Shown here one piece after another: positions 12,913 through 23,614 of a stretch of DNA of 64,000 bases; position 1 is the stretch's first letter; each line of letters opens with the position of its first letter. A program made the translations under genes and the position numbers. The stretch is taken from NCBI RefSeq assembly GCF_964194025.1, contig NC_134470.1, forward strand, positions 76,508,001 through 76,572,000, written 5' to 3'. Under the pieces are notes generated by a model that saw nothing but the letters and a program-made list of their open reading frames with translations, did no database searches and was not told the origin of the DNA. This DNA is from Convolutriloba macropyga (taxonomy: Eukaryota).

Positions 12913-14470
12913 TTCTGTTTTCTTAACGTTGAAGCTGAGCACTGTTGCTAATGAAATAGTTGACTATTGTGATCACTTCTGACCGTCAGACTTTTCATCC
13001 TCGGAGTTCTCCAACGATACATTGATAACGTTTAATATCAGATGAACCCTTGATTGCATTCTTGCTTCCTCGAGTTTCGCTCAACGGATACTGTTTTATT
13101 TTAAATGCCTTTTTGCATTCAATATCAGAGTTATATTGCATTACTTGATCTTCACGCTTTCCAGTTGTTGCCTTTGGCGTGGGTGTTATTGGGGCATTTT
13201 TCTGCTTGCTTTTTCCCCTGTGTGAATAGTTTTCAAAGAGTTTTCGCTCCACTGGTTGCGTATTTTTTTCCCGGATACATAAAAGTTAAGTTTTGAATGT
13301 ATTCTTGGAGTTTGTTCCGCTTATCTTAATGTTAACATTGGATTCAGATGAACTTCAGCTGACAGAATGAAGTCGAATAGGTGTCGCAATTGCCGATTAT
13401 GCTGAATTTTAACAAGCGGAAAGTTTTGTTCCTACTGAAGAAGCCAATTGAAATGATTGTGGTGTGAGGTTACCAGCACGCATTACTTGATGAAATCCAC
13501 CTTGATTTTTTTGGCCGATTCTTTTTCATTTCCTTCTGAATGAAATATCGCACTTTTTTTAAATTTCTTGCGCTTTCATTCTGGCTTCAGATAAAAGTCG
13601 ACGGATATGGCTCATTTAAATGTCTTTGTGATCGGCATAGAAGTTCCCCGTTTTGATTAGAGCAAAATTATTTAATTAAATTACAACTTCAAAAAGGAGT
13701 GATTTATTTGCTCAAAGCGCGCACTGCCAAAGGACTTTCATGAACAACGTTGAGTACTTTCCCGTGGCTTTCAATAACACTCTGATGTAATTGTGCGAAG
13801 TTTTGTTTGAACAGAGCTTTACATAGCCTCTTCAATCGTGATATGGGAATGACACCAATTATGTTGCGTTTTATTTGCGGAATAAAACAAACAATGAATT
13901 TCCAAAAACACATTAGATAATCGTAATATGAAAAAGGGGAGTGTGATTTTACTTCGAATTAAGTATACAATATAACAACATAAATGCTTATTAGTGTTTT
14001 AAGAAATGTAAAGTAATGTTAATCAATAAAATCATTTCGTTCTTTTTTCGTATCAAATGTTCTTCCACGAAATCTTACCATGTATTACATTTCTTGGGTC
14101 CCTCAAAATTTCATTCAAAAAATGTTGTAGCATTTTCTAAACTCTTATTTGGAGAAGCCTAGGTTCGGTGAAATTTTGTTCTAAATGTGCGATTAGGTTC
14201 GGGTGAAGGTGTGCTGATTTTGGGCAATCAAAATTGGATTTGATTAAGGAGCATCGGACACCTGATTAGCATCCATAAAACCTTACGACCTAATTTCAAC
14301 TAATAGCATTTTTGAGAAATTCAACCATCAATTTGTTCTACCTGAATTGATAGTTTTAATACTTGATTGATCAGTTTGGGCTGATAAATACCACCACCGG
14401 TGTCCGCCAAATGAGAACCGATATTTTCAGATTGTTGTTGTTATTGTTTTTCTAATCTATATGAAAGAGG

Positions 14471-14660
14471 ATGGTTGAAGTGATAAGAAGGAGAAGGAAA
14501 AAGAAATCAGAGGTATCGACTGTTGAAAAGAGCACTCAATTTCCAGAAGGCAGAGTTGAAGAGGAGTGTCAAACAGAATCAAGAGAGGAGATCTGTGCCC
14601 CTGTGTGTAGTCGAGAAGAGGACAATAGTGCAATATCTTTGTTCAGGGATTTACGAACAG
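14471..14660 (+). CDS. Probable first coding exon of the telobox-Myb (TRF-like) gene, with a basic NLS-like stretch RRRRKKK
   Basis: ATG at 14471, purine-rich coding-like composition, donor CAG|gttata at 14661 in phase 1, compatible with the phase-1 acceptor at 20419. The join is inferred. Confidence 0.5.
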
Positions 14661-14968
14661 GTTATATTTGTTTAGAATCATAATGGTTCCCAAGATCATA
14701 TGGTTTTTTTTTCTCAAAATGTGGAACTCTTCTAAAATGCGTAGTTTCGTACGTCAATAATTAAATTTTTGCATTGTCTTCAGCTTGCTTAAGCTATAAA
14801 GGTGAACGCATGTGCCAGTTTAAGAATTGTGAAACAACTGTACCACTTATAAAGTCCAATTTGATTGCAATTGTAGCAGCCAATTGACTTTAAATCTCAA
14901 TCAGAAACTTCTCCGACTTTTTCCTTAGGTGTTTGTTTTGCTTATCCTTGCATCTTAATGTTGCTTAG

Positions 14969-17827
14969 ATGATCATTTTTCTCGCTGTTTTATGCTCTGT
15001 TTCTGGCTTCAAGTTTTTCAAGTTTCCCCTGTTTTCCCCTGTCTATTATTTCTTCGCGTTTTGTGCTTCTCGCTATAGTTTAGTTTGTGAAATCTGTATG
15101 CTCAAACTGTATGCCTCGGGTTACGACAGTCAGGGTCTGCACGGAGTCGCGATTGGCATACACCTCCGACTGGCCAATCACGTCATGGAATGGAGAGCCT
15201 GTGGAGCCAGGATCTGCTACATGAGGCTGCATGCAATACCAGTGGCAATCTCCATAATCTGTGCATATGCCCCGATTGAAGATAGCAGTGTACGAGACAA
15301 AGAGGCATTCTACTCAGAGCTGCAAAAATGCCTCAAAGACGTCCCCAAGAAGGACGTTCTAGTCGTTGGCGGCGACTTCAACGCCAAAGTTGGTTTGCCA
15401 CTCGACGGCGAGAAGCAAAATATCGGACGTTTTGCAACAGGATCCCGAAACGCTAATGGCGAACTACTGGCGCACTTCGCCGTACTAAACGACCTTGTAA
15501 TTTCCAACACCACATTCCAAAAGAAGAGACATTCCCTTCATACTTGGCGATCAAATGATAACAGAACAAAGAACCAGATCGACTACATGTTGATATCAAG
15601 ACGATGGAGAACATCAGTAAATAATACCTTCAACACCAAGCTCTTTCTCACTGACACGGACCACAAACCTGTTATTTCGGTGATCCGATTGCGATTGAAG
15701 GCATACACAAAGAAGGCCAAGACGATCGCTTACAACCTGGGATCCCTGCGCATACCCGCGGTAGCCGACGAGTTCAAAGATACGCTACACAGTTTGTTTG
15801 ACGCAGCCGAAGAAACAGGCGATGACGTGGAAGCTAAATGGTCGCAACTGAAATCCATCCTTCACCAAGCAGCTGAGAAAAGTCTCGGAAAATCTGAGCA
15901 AAAGAAGAATGCATGGATCAGCAGCGAAACTATTGAGCTTGTCAAGAAACGTGCTCGAGCCCGCAACCGATCGAAGAAAGCGGAACTGCGGAAAACCATC
16001 AAGAAGGCAGTCCGCATGGACAAGACAAAGTATTTTGACACCCTTGCCCAGGAAATGATCGACGCGGACGAAACGGGCAACCTGAGAAAGGTTTACTCTG
16101 TTGTCAAGCAGTTAGCAGGGAAGCGTTCAGCCATCAGCGAGACTCTCAAGAGTGCTGACGGCCACCCGATTAATGATGCAAAGCAGAGAATAGAAATATG
16201 GGCCAACCACTTCGAAAAATTGCTGAACCGACCACCGCCAGCAACTGCCGACATTACAGAGAATCAATATAAACCTCTCTCCGTAGTGAGCACTGACCCG
16301 CCCTCGCTTATGGAAGTGCAAACAGCCATAAGCAAGCTCAAAAGACGCAAAGCGGGTGGGCCGGACAACATACCGCCGGAATTCTTCTTGGATGGCGGTA
16401 CTGCTCTCGCACAGGAGTTGACCAAACTCCTACAATGCATTTGGGCAACAGTATCCATGCCAATGGACTGGAAGACCGCAGTAATCGTCCCCCTCTTCAA
16501 GAAAGGCGACAAAAAGAATTGCGCTAATTACAGGGGCATATCCCTTCTCAGCATTGCTTTCAAAATCCTTGAAGCAGTAATAAAGAATCGTCTCGAACCA
16601 GCGTATATAGGCCGCGCAAATCAAGCGGGTTTCAAAAAGAACAAAGGCTGCAGAGATCAAATTTTCGCTATACGTCAGATACTCGAGCAACGCGAGGAGT
16701 TCAAAAGGTTGACAAACCTAGTTTTCATAGACTTCAAAGCCGCCTTCGACAGCGTGGATCGAAAATGCATCTGGCGTATCTGTGAGAACCTTGGACTACC
16801 AGACACACTCCTCAACGTGCTACGAATGCTATACGCAGAGACCTACAGCCAAGTCCGAGTATACGGCACCCTGTCCCGCCAATTCAGTATCCTCAGCGGT
16901 GTCAGGCAAGGCTCGATCCTGGCCCCCTTCCTATTCAACCTCGCAATCGACTGGATAATGGAAGAAGCCCTCCGCAATGACAACGTAGGCGTGTCTCTGG
17001 ATGACACGATAATTGCCGACCTCGATTTTGCAGACGACATCTGTCTAATGGATGATAATGGAAACGACGCCCAGAGGCTACTCGACAACGTAGCCAGAAA
17101 TGCAGCGGCAGTCGGCCTCTACCTGAACGTCGGCAAAACCAAATTCTGCTCCCAGGACATCAATCAGAAATTCCACGTCTACGGCGAAGAACTGGAACGT
17201 GTTGAAGACTTCACCTATCTTGGAAGTAAAATACAGCTCGACGGCAACGTAACATCTGAAATCAAGGCCAGGATAGGCAAAGCTGCAGGTAGTTTCAAAA
17301 ACCTTAAGAACATCTGGAACCAGAGAAGCATCCCTCAGCTTGTAAAAGTGAAGATTTACAAGGCATGCGTACGAAGTGTACTCTTGTATGGTTGCGAGAG
17401 CTGGCCAGCAAAAAATTCTGATATAAACAGTTTGCAATCCTTCGAAAATCGATGTCTTCGACGTATTCTCCACAAAGGACAGGACCTCCCCGCTGAAAGT
17501 ATCACCACCATTGCAAAATGTGATTCCCTTGCCACGACGATCCAAACAAGACGCTTGCGATGGCTAGGGCATGTCCTCCGAATGAATCCGTCCGAAATTC
17601 CAAACGCAGCGCTCGAATTCGAAAAGGGCGATAACTGGAAGAGACCCCCAGGCGGCATACGCAAGACCTGGCGAAGAATCGTTCGTGACGAAGTAAAGAA
17701 GCATATCAAACCACCGAAAATGTCAGCGAAGAAATGGGAGACTGAATGGTTCGACCTGTGCAAGGAAACAGCCCAGAACAGAAAGCAATGGAGAGGTCTT
17801 ATTCGGGACCAAAATGTGGCGGGATAA
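14969..17827 (+). CDS. AP-endonuclease plus reverse transcriptase polyprotein of the RTE-like element (element-derived part starts ~15101)
   Basis: APE motifs CAYAP, GDFNAKVG, NQIDYML, TDHKPV. RT motifs NYRGISLL, QAGF, FIDFKAAFDSV, GVRQGS, DFADD, FTYLGS. RTE-type C-terminus LYGCESW and RRLRWLGHVLRM. Confidence 0.93.
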   Translation: MIIFLAVLCSVSGFKFFKFPLFSPVYYFFAFCASRYSLVCEICMLKLYASGYDSQGLHGVAIGIHLRLANHVMEWRACGARICYMRLHAIPVAISIICAYAPIEDSSVRDKEAFYSELQKCLKDVPKKDVLVVGGDFNAKVGLPLDGEKQNIGRFATGSRNANGELLAHFAVLNDLVISNTTFQKKRHSLHTWRSNDNRTKNQIDYMLISRRWRTSVNNTFNTKLFLTDTDHKPVISVIRLRLKAYTKKAKTIAYNLGSLRIPAVADEFKDTLHSLFDAAEETGDDVEAKWSQLKSILHQAAEKSLGKSEQKKNAWISSETIELVKKRARARNRSKKAELRKTIKKAVRMDKTKYFDTLAQEMIDADETGNLRKVYSVVKQLAGKRSAISETLKSADGHPINDAKQRIEIWANHFEKLLNRPPPATADITENQYKPLSVVSTDPPSLMEVQTAISKLKRRKAGGPDNIPPEFFLDGGTALAQELTKLLQCIWATVSMPMDWKTAVIVPLFKKGDKKNCANYRGISLLSIAFKILEAVIKNRLEPAYIGRANQAGFKKNKGCRDQIFAIRQILEQREEFKRLTNLVFIDFKAAFDSVDRKCIWRICENLGLPDTLLNVLRMLYAETYSQVRVYGTLSRQFSILSGVRQGSILAPFLFNLAIDWIMEEALRNDNVGVSLDDTIIADLDFADDICLMDDNGNDAQRLLDNVARNAAAVGLYLNVGKTKFCSQDINQKFHVYGEELERVEDFTYLGSKIQLDGNVTSEIKARIGKAAGSFKNLKNIWNQRSIPQLVKVKIYKACVRSVLLYGCESWPAKNSDINSLQSFENRCLRRILHKGQDLPAESITTIAKCDSLATTIQTRRLRWLGHVLRMNPSEIPNAALEFEKGDNWKRPPGGIRKTWRRIVRDEVKKHIKPPKMSAKKWETEWFDLCKETAQNRKQWRGLIRDQNVAG

Positions 17828-17861
17828 GGGCAGCACTGCCCGTGAGCCCTATCTGGTTCTG
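15099..17861 (+). mobile_element. RTE-clade-like non-LTR retrotransposon, 5'-truncated, young
   Basis: Flanked by a perfect 10-bp direct repeat GAAATCTGTA (15089-15098 and 17862-17871). Single APE+RT ORF. Very short 3' UTR with hairpin GGGCAG-CA-CTGCCC and a tctgg-t-tctgg tail. GC content is clearly above the flanks. Confidence 0.92.
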
Positions 17862-19730
17862 GAAATCTGTAATATGGAGCTATTCTACAGACGTTGCTGC
17901 TAACAGGTGCCAGTCAAGGATAGACAGGGCACTTTTCACTGAGAAAAATAATCCAAGTTTCTATTTTTTTTTTCAGTTTATATCTGTTCTTTTGATTTTT
18001 TGTTGTTCAATATATTTCTGCCAGATGTTAGGCGTGGAAAAGCTTGAGCCGAAGAAATAAAAACATTTTTTCTCAAAACATTGTTTGGGTAGTTGCACTT
18101 CACCCTTATGTGGATAATTCTGTTCGATTATATTGTAGAGAATACTGGATTTTTTTTACTTTGTTCTTCGCTTCCATTCCCTTTCCTTGGTTTTTTCTTT
18201 GAAATATTTTTTTGCTTTCTTTTCTATGAACTGATAGTTGTTTGAAGCATAGAAATTAACCACTACACAAGGAGTTTTGCCAACAGTTGCCCTGTAGTCG
18301 CAATTTTTGAAGAAACTTATCAGATGCGTTATTAGTTCTTGTCAGATTGTTTTCTCTTGTTAATGTTACTCTTATGGTTTCAATTTGGTAGGTATAATTA
18401 AATAGGTGGTTCGTTATGTCAGTTAGGATAGAAAATGTTCTGCTTCGAGCCGTTTCCGGAATAATTGTGACTGCATTTTGATCGATAACAGTTTTTAGGT
18501 CAAAATGCTGACGAAATTTGAAGAGCAGAGAGGAGAGAAAACAAGTTTCTTTCTGGTGAAAAATTGTTTGTTAGGGGTCTAAAAATGTACTGCATTTTCG
18601 AAGCAGTTATTTAGTTTATGCTTCACTTTATCATTTGAAGGTTTTTTCTTAATTATCTAAGCTGGTAATAGTGCGTTTGGAAGCATTTTTAACCACCTAA
18701 AGCAAATAACACGTTTCTAGTTTCAATTTTAAGCTATTTCTACCATTCGTGCATGTTGGAAGCGTCGTAGCAGTTTTTGTATTATTGAAAGTTTATAGCA
18801 TTTTGAGTTCTGTGGTTCAATTTTGTTGTTCTGTGTCTTTTATCGCCTTTTAATTAAATTGATATTTCTATTGAGTTATTTTTGTCAAAGATATTGAGTA
18901 ATTTTAAGCAAATTGTGTCCCAGTTTTGTTTCTGTTTCAATGCCTATTTCTTCTGCTTTTTTGTTCTCATTGTAGTTTTCCTTGTTCAGTCTTCATTTTA
19001 CCTTTGTAAAAGAGGTTTCTTCTCAAGATAATGGTTTGGAAATGGAAATTTAGTATTTTGCTCGAGAATTTTGCAGAGAAGATTTTTTAGCAGTGTTCTT
19101 TATTTGCTTTCTTTTTCCTCCGTTTTCTTTTTTGTCTTTATATACGGCTAGTTTGGTTGTTTTTTCTGTCAATTGTGAGTCGTTTAATGGTTAAATCTGA
19201 CCGTATCGCAAGGTCTTTTGTCAAAAATTGTTTTGTAGTCGCAACTTGTAACAAAATTTTTGTACGATGCTCTATCGGTTTTTGATGTCAAAATTGGTAT
19301 AATGAATTAGGGGGTTCGTCTTGTGAGTTTGGGTGGTCATCAATTTTCTACTTCGCGTAGTTTACTGATTCTTTCCGGCTATGTTCTGCTTTAGAGCTAT
19401 TAACACTTTCTTGTGATTTTTGAAGTCAAATTGGACTAGTGATTTTGGTCACGCGGAAACGAAGTGAAGCGAAAATGAGTGGTTTTGCGAAGTGAAATTT
19501 AGATTAGATTGAGATAGGGGTCTTTGAACAAAAAAAATTTGCATTCTTGATTGTGGTTTTTTGCACGCGTTCGCAATTGACTTCTGTTTTAAGGGTTTTT
19601 TCCTAACTGATACTTCGAATCATTCTTTAGTTCTTTCTAGATCTATTGTATGGTTTAGTTATTGAAAATTGTTCGAATTGCATCTCATGATTTGTCCTGC
19701 TATGTGTTTTTGTCGTCAGGCGTCAGGAAG

Positions 19731-19833
19731 TGTTACTACCTTTTTGTTACTAAGTTTTTGTTACTACCTTTTGACTAAGTTACTTCCTTTTTGTTACGAT
19801 CTTTTTGTTACTTAGTTTTTGTTACTACCTTTT
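19731..19833. repeat. Degenerate ~14-bp minisatellite (ttttgttactacct-like)
   Basis: About seven imperfect tandem units are visible. Confidence 0.7.
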
Positions 19834-20418
19834 GACTTCTCGATCTCTTCAATTCTGATGTTTCATTCATTCAGTCATTTTAAATTCTAAATTGCATGCG
19901 TGGCGTCGTCATTAGAGTTGTTTCAAATATGGTAGTAATATAGGTAATATGAGCCAGCTCTACTGTCTTACTGAGATCCCGGGTATAATCGAGTATATCT
20001 TTCAATGATTGGGGGATGTTTTAGGCTATGTTTAATAATTTTGGGGGTGGGTGCTTAAGGGTATGTTCGAAAGACGTTTCTGCCTTCTTGATGGAAGACC
20101 AAAATTCACTCCAAAATATTCACCCAAAATGAAGAAAAGTTTAGGTATTCTTTTTATTGTCGTTTTTATGCCTTAGGTCTACAAAGCTATTTTAAAACTT
20201 TGCATTTTAATGGAATTTTTTGGATTGTGCATGGAAATATTTGTTTCAAGTCTATGCTTGCTTAAGTTTAATGCTGATCCAATTAAATCTTAGCGAGATA
20301 TATAACAATGATTCAGATTTTATAAAACGTCATGGCTTCAAAGCAATCCATGTAAACGGTGGTTTGTTTATTTAATCCTTACGAGTTTTTCTTACAACCA
20401 TTTTTCTATCTGTTTCAG

Positions 20419-20918
20419 TCAGAACTCCTGAACCAACTCAAAAAGTCATCTGTTTATCAACACCACCCAGTGAAAGAGTTAATGCGCTGTCTGATAAACC
20501 AACAACCAGCAAACAAACCAAAACCACTCCAGTCAGTATCTATGATCAAATTGTAAACGATGGAATCTCGGTTGTGGAATCGGAAGAACATGAGCTAGCT
20601 AATATCTCTCCAATCCGAAGAGATAATCCGCCCAATAGTTCCGCGCGGCATAATCACTCAAACTCAAGCAGAATTGAGCAACCTGTAAGAAAAAACCCTG
20701 CTTCGGGTTTATTGGCTAAGAGGGCTTCGAGAGCTCAGTTTAAAGTACCATGGACAGAAGATGAAGTTGAAACGCTCAAGTCTGGCATCGAGTTATACGG
20801 AGTCGGAAGATGGATTGACATTTTGAATTACGGCAGCAGGAGATTTAACCCGAAGCGAACATCTGTGGATCTGAAGGATAAATACCGAGTTCTTCTGAGG
20901 AATAATCAGCTTAGATAA
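20419..20918 (+). CDS. Terminal exon encoding a C-terminal telobox Myb/SANT domain (TRF1/2-, TERB1- or TRFL-like telomeric-repeat-binding type)
   Basis: Acceptor tgtttcag (20418). The frame is open from 20421 to the stop at 20918. WTEDEVETLKSGIELYGVGRWIDIL...RTSVDLKDKYR matches the telobox consensus W..EE...L..G...YG.G.W..I...RT.V.LKD.WR. Confidence 0.85.
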
Positions 20919-22120
20919 ATTAGGTCTGGAGAGTATTTAGAATATTTTCCCTCAAAACGTGTTTTTTTCTTGTGCTCAGAAGAAGTGCAGTTGTCTGTTA
21001 TTTCTAGCAGAATTTGTTTGAAACTGTCTTGAGATATTGTGAATTCAATTTCGTAAATTAGAAATTGTCATAAAGTGAGATTTTAATTCTTCCGTTTTAA
21101 ATTTGTTGAGGCCAAATGACGCTTAGGTGTGTAGATAAATGTTGAAGGGCTTTGCGAGCATCCTTGACGTTGAAATACCCGCGCAGTTATAGCGGGTGTG
21201 TTTTCAAAGCAAAACTTAAATTGCAATTTTAGTTTTCTCAGAACGGACAGCGTCTCGAAACGCCGAACTTAATTTCATCAGATCTAATTTGCTTTCAGAT
21301 CTTTTTCGTAAAAAGAAACGTATAAAGCCCAGAATATAATACCTGGGGTGGGAAGAGTTTGTTCGATGGCTCAAACACAGAATCGTCACGTCCTCCTTTT
21401 AGCAAGTGGAGAAAACCTCGCTGAACAGGGACGGAAGTGTCATATTATACGAATTCATTCGCAAACAAAACTAAAATGATCGGTTTATTAAAATCTCTGT
21501 GAAGTAGAGCCCGTGAGCTGTTTTAGAAGGACTCAGATAGATCTAAAACATTCGCATTTTGCAAAACTTGAAAAAACCTATTTCTCTAAACTTTAGGCTT
21601 CTTGTTTTTTTTCTATTTTTCAGAGAAGCCAAAAATTTTTGGTCTTCTCATAAATTTATTGTTTATATGGGTTTATTCGATTTTTTAGCTTTATCAGTTT
21701 TTCTTCTGAAACTTTGAATTTTTAGAATTTTTCACGCTAGACTTTTTGCGATAGACGTTTTTCTCGCTTTTGGCATGAGCTAAATAGATTCCATAATTTG
21801 AGCCACTAGCTTAATTCGCGACTGTTTTTTTTCTAAACGTCAACTATCTGGGTTTCATTTTTTTTCATTATAAATTAAAACACGGCCAAGGTAAGGTACC
21901 CTTGACATCACCTGTCGAGTGAATGCAATTTGACCGGTCTTGGTCGCTTATGTTTCAAGAAATGTACCGCTGTTGTCTCAATACAATTCCTAACAAGATA
22001 CTGTCTGTCTTTCAGAATCCGAATTTTTAGTCAGGCGACTGTGTAGTTTGAACGTTTTTCATGTTTTCGTTAGAAAGGAGTGACTCAATTGCTTCTTATG
22101 AAAAGAGATTTTGAACTGAT

Positions 22121-23614
22121 TAGTTGCTCTCAAACGAAGTTTTGTAGCAATTATATTAGTCCGGTCGGTCTTTTTGATGCGATTTTTCGCTTGACCGATT
22201 TTTCGTCTGACCCATTTGACTTTTCGTGTTCAAAAACGGGATAAACAGGTAGCGCCCAGCAGGTATTAAGTACTCTTAGAGCCTTTCAGCTCAAACTGTT
22301 TTGGAAACTTATGCTTATGGTGTGAAGGTCGGTTCTTAGAGGTTGAAGACACCCCACTGTTGACGCAGTTGCCAGGAAACCTCTTAAGTGTTTGATAAGA
22401 TACCGAAAAAATTTATTTGCCATGAAATATTTTTCAACTTTTTCATATCACAAATTTCAGCAATTTTTTGTTAAAACTTGCATTTTTTCAGGTTTTTTGA
22501 AAATTCTTTCTCGTTTTTTAGGTTTCTTTAGCCTCAAGAGCCAAGAAAGCCCCTCTATGGTTTGACAATAGGTTACTGTATAGTTTCTAGATGTAATGGA
22601 ATAATTGTCAGGATTTTAACATCACGAATTTTAGCCTTTTCTTCAGAACTCTCAAATTTTTTCAATTTTTTGACATTTTTTTCATTATTCAGGTTTTTTT
22701 CAGCCTCAGGGGTAAGAAAACTTCAGTGAGGGTTTGATAATAAGTTACTGAAATATTTACTGAATTTTTTGAAATTTTTGTAATTTTTAGGTTTTTCCAG
22801 CCTCAAGAGCCACATAATCTCCTATAGGGCTTGATAATAGGTTACTGCCTAGTTTCTAGATAAAATGGAATGTTTTTCAAGATTTTAATATCACGAATTT
22901 AAGCAATTTTTTTAAAAAATATTTGCATTTTTAAGTTTTTTTGAATGTTTGATTTTTTTCCGGCACCAGGGTCCTAGGGACCTCTTCCAAGGTTTAATAA
23001 TAAGCTGTTACATAGTTTACTGAATGGATGAAATGGTTACAATGTTTTAGTAACTCCAGCTGTATCAAATATTTGATAAAATATTTTTTTTTCAAATTTT
23101 TGGAAAATTGTTCCAAATTTATGGATCTTTATTAGCCAGTGGAACTATTTAAAGCTTGAAATAGGGATACTGGATAGTCTCTTGAGACAATAAAATAGTT
23201 TTGAAGATTTTAATATTTTGAAATTTAACAAGATTTTGTTAAAATTTGCAATTATATTCAAAATTTTTGAATATTTTTGTCCTTTTTTGAGATCAACGAT
23301 CATTAGTGGCCGACGAAACTTTTTAAGTCATGCAGATGATTTACTTGACAAAATTCCAGAGACAAAAAATGTTGTTGAACATTTATTTTTGACTACGAAA
23401 TCTGGAAACTTTCCTTTTAAATTTTGCTATTTTTGCATTTTTAGAATATCAGTGTTTTTCTATTTGATTCGTTTACTAACAAGGCTAGAAAACTAAAAGT
23501 TGCAGAGTCGAATCAAGCTAAAGAAAGCCTCACTAAATCGTGGCTAGTTACTGACGGAGCCAACCGCTCGTCTGTCATTTGAGAGCAATTCGCCCGACGT
23601 TAGTCGGTTATATT
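22121..23614 (+). mobile_element. HINE family B, long copy with an internal ~168-bp tandem array
   Basis: 5' agttgctctcaaacga. 3' gtcatttgagagcaatt plus hairpin ccgac-gtta-gtcgg. Internal repeats at ~22367-23100 resemble those at 6716-7480. Confidence 0.75.

Noticed and set aside
12260-13470. Hammerhead-like CTGANGA cores (12263, 13435)
   Set aside because: No properly placed GAAA with a stem II, and no cleavage triplet helix.
14969-15098. Hydrophobic N-terminus of the 952-aa ORF as part of the retroelement
   Set aside because: It lies outside the TSD-defined element and has host-like T-rich composition.
15310-17763. Antisense ORFs overlapping the RTE ORF
   Set aside because: Shadow frames of a GC-richer coding strand, with no recognisable motifs.
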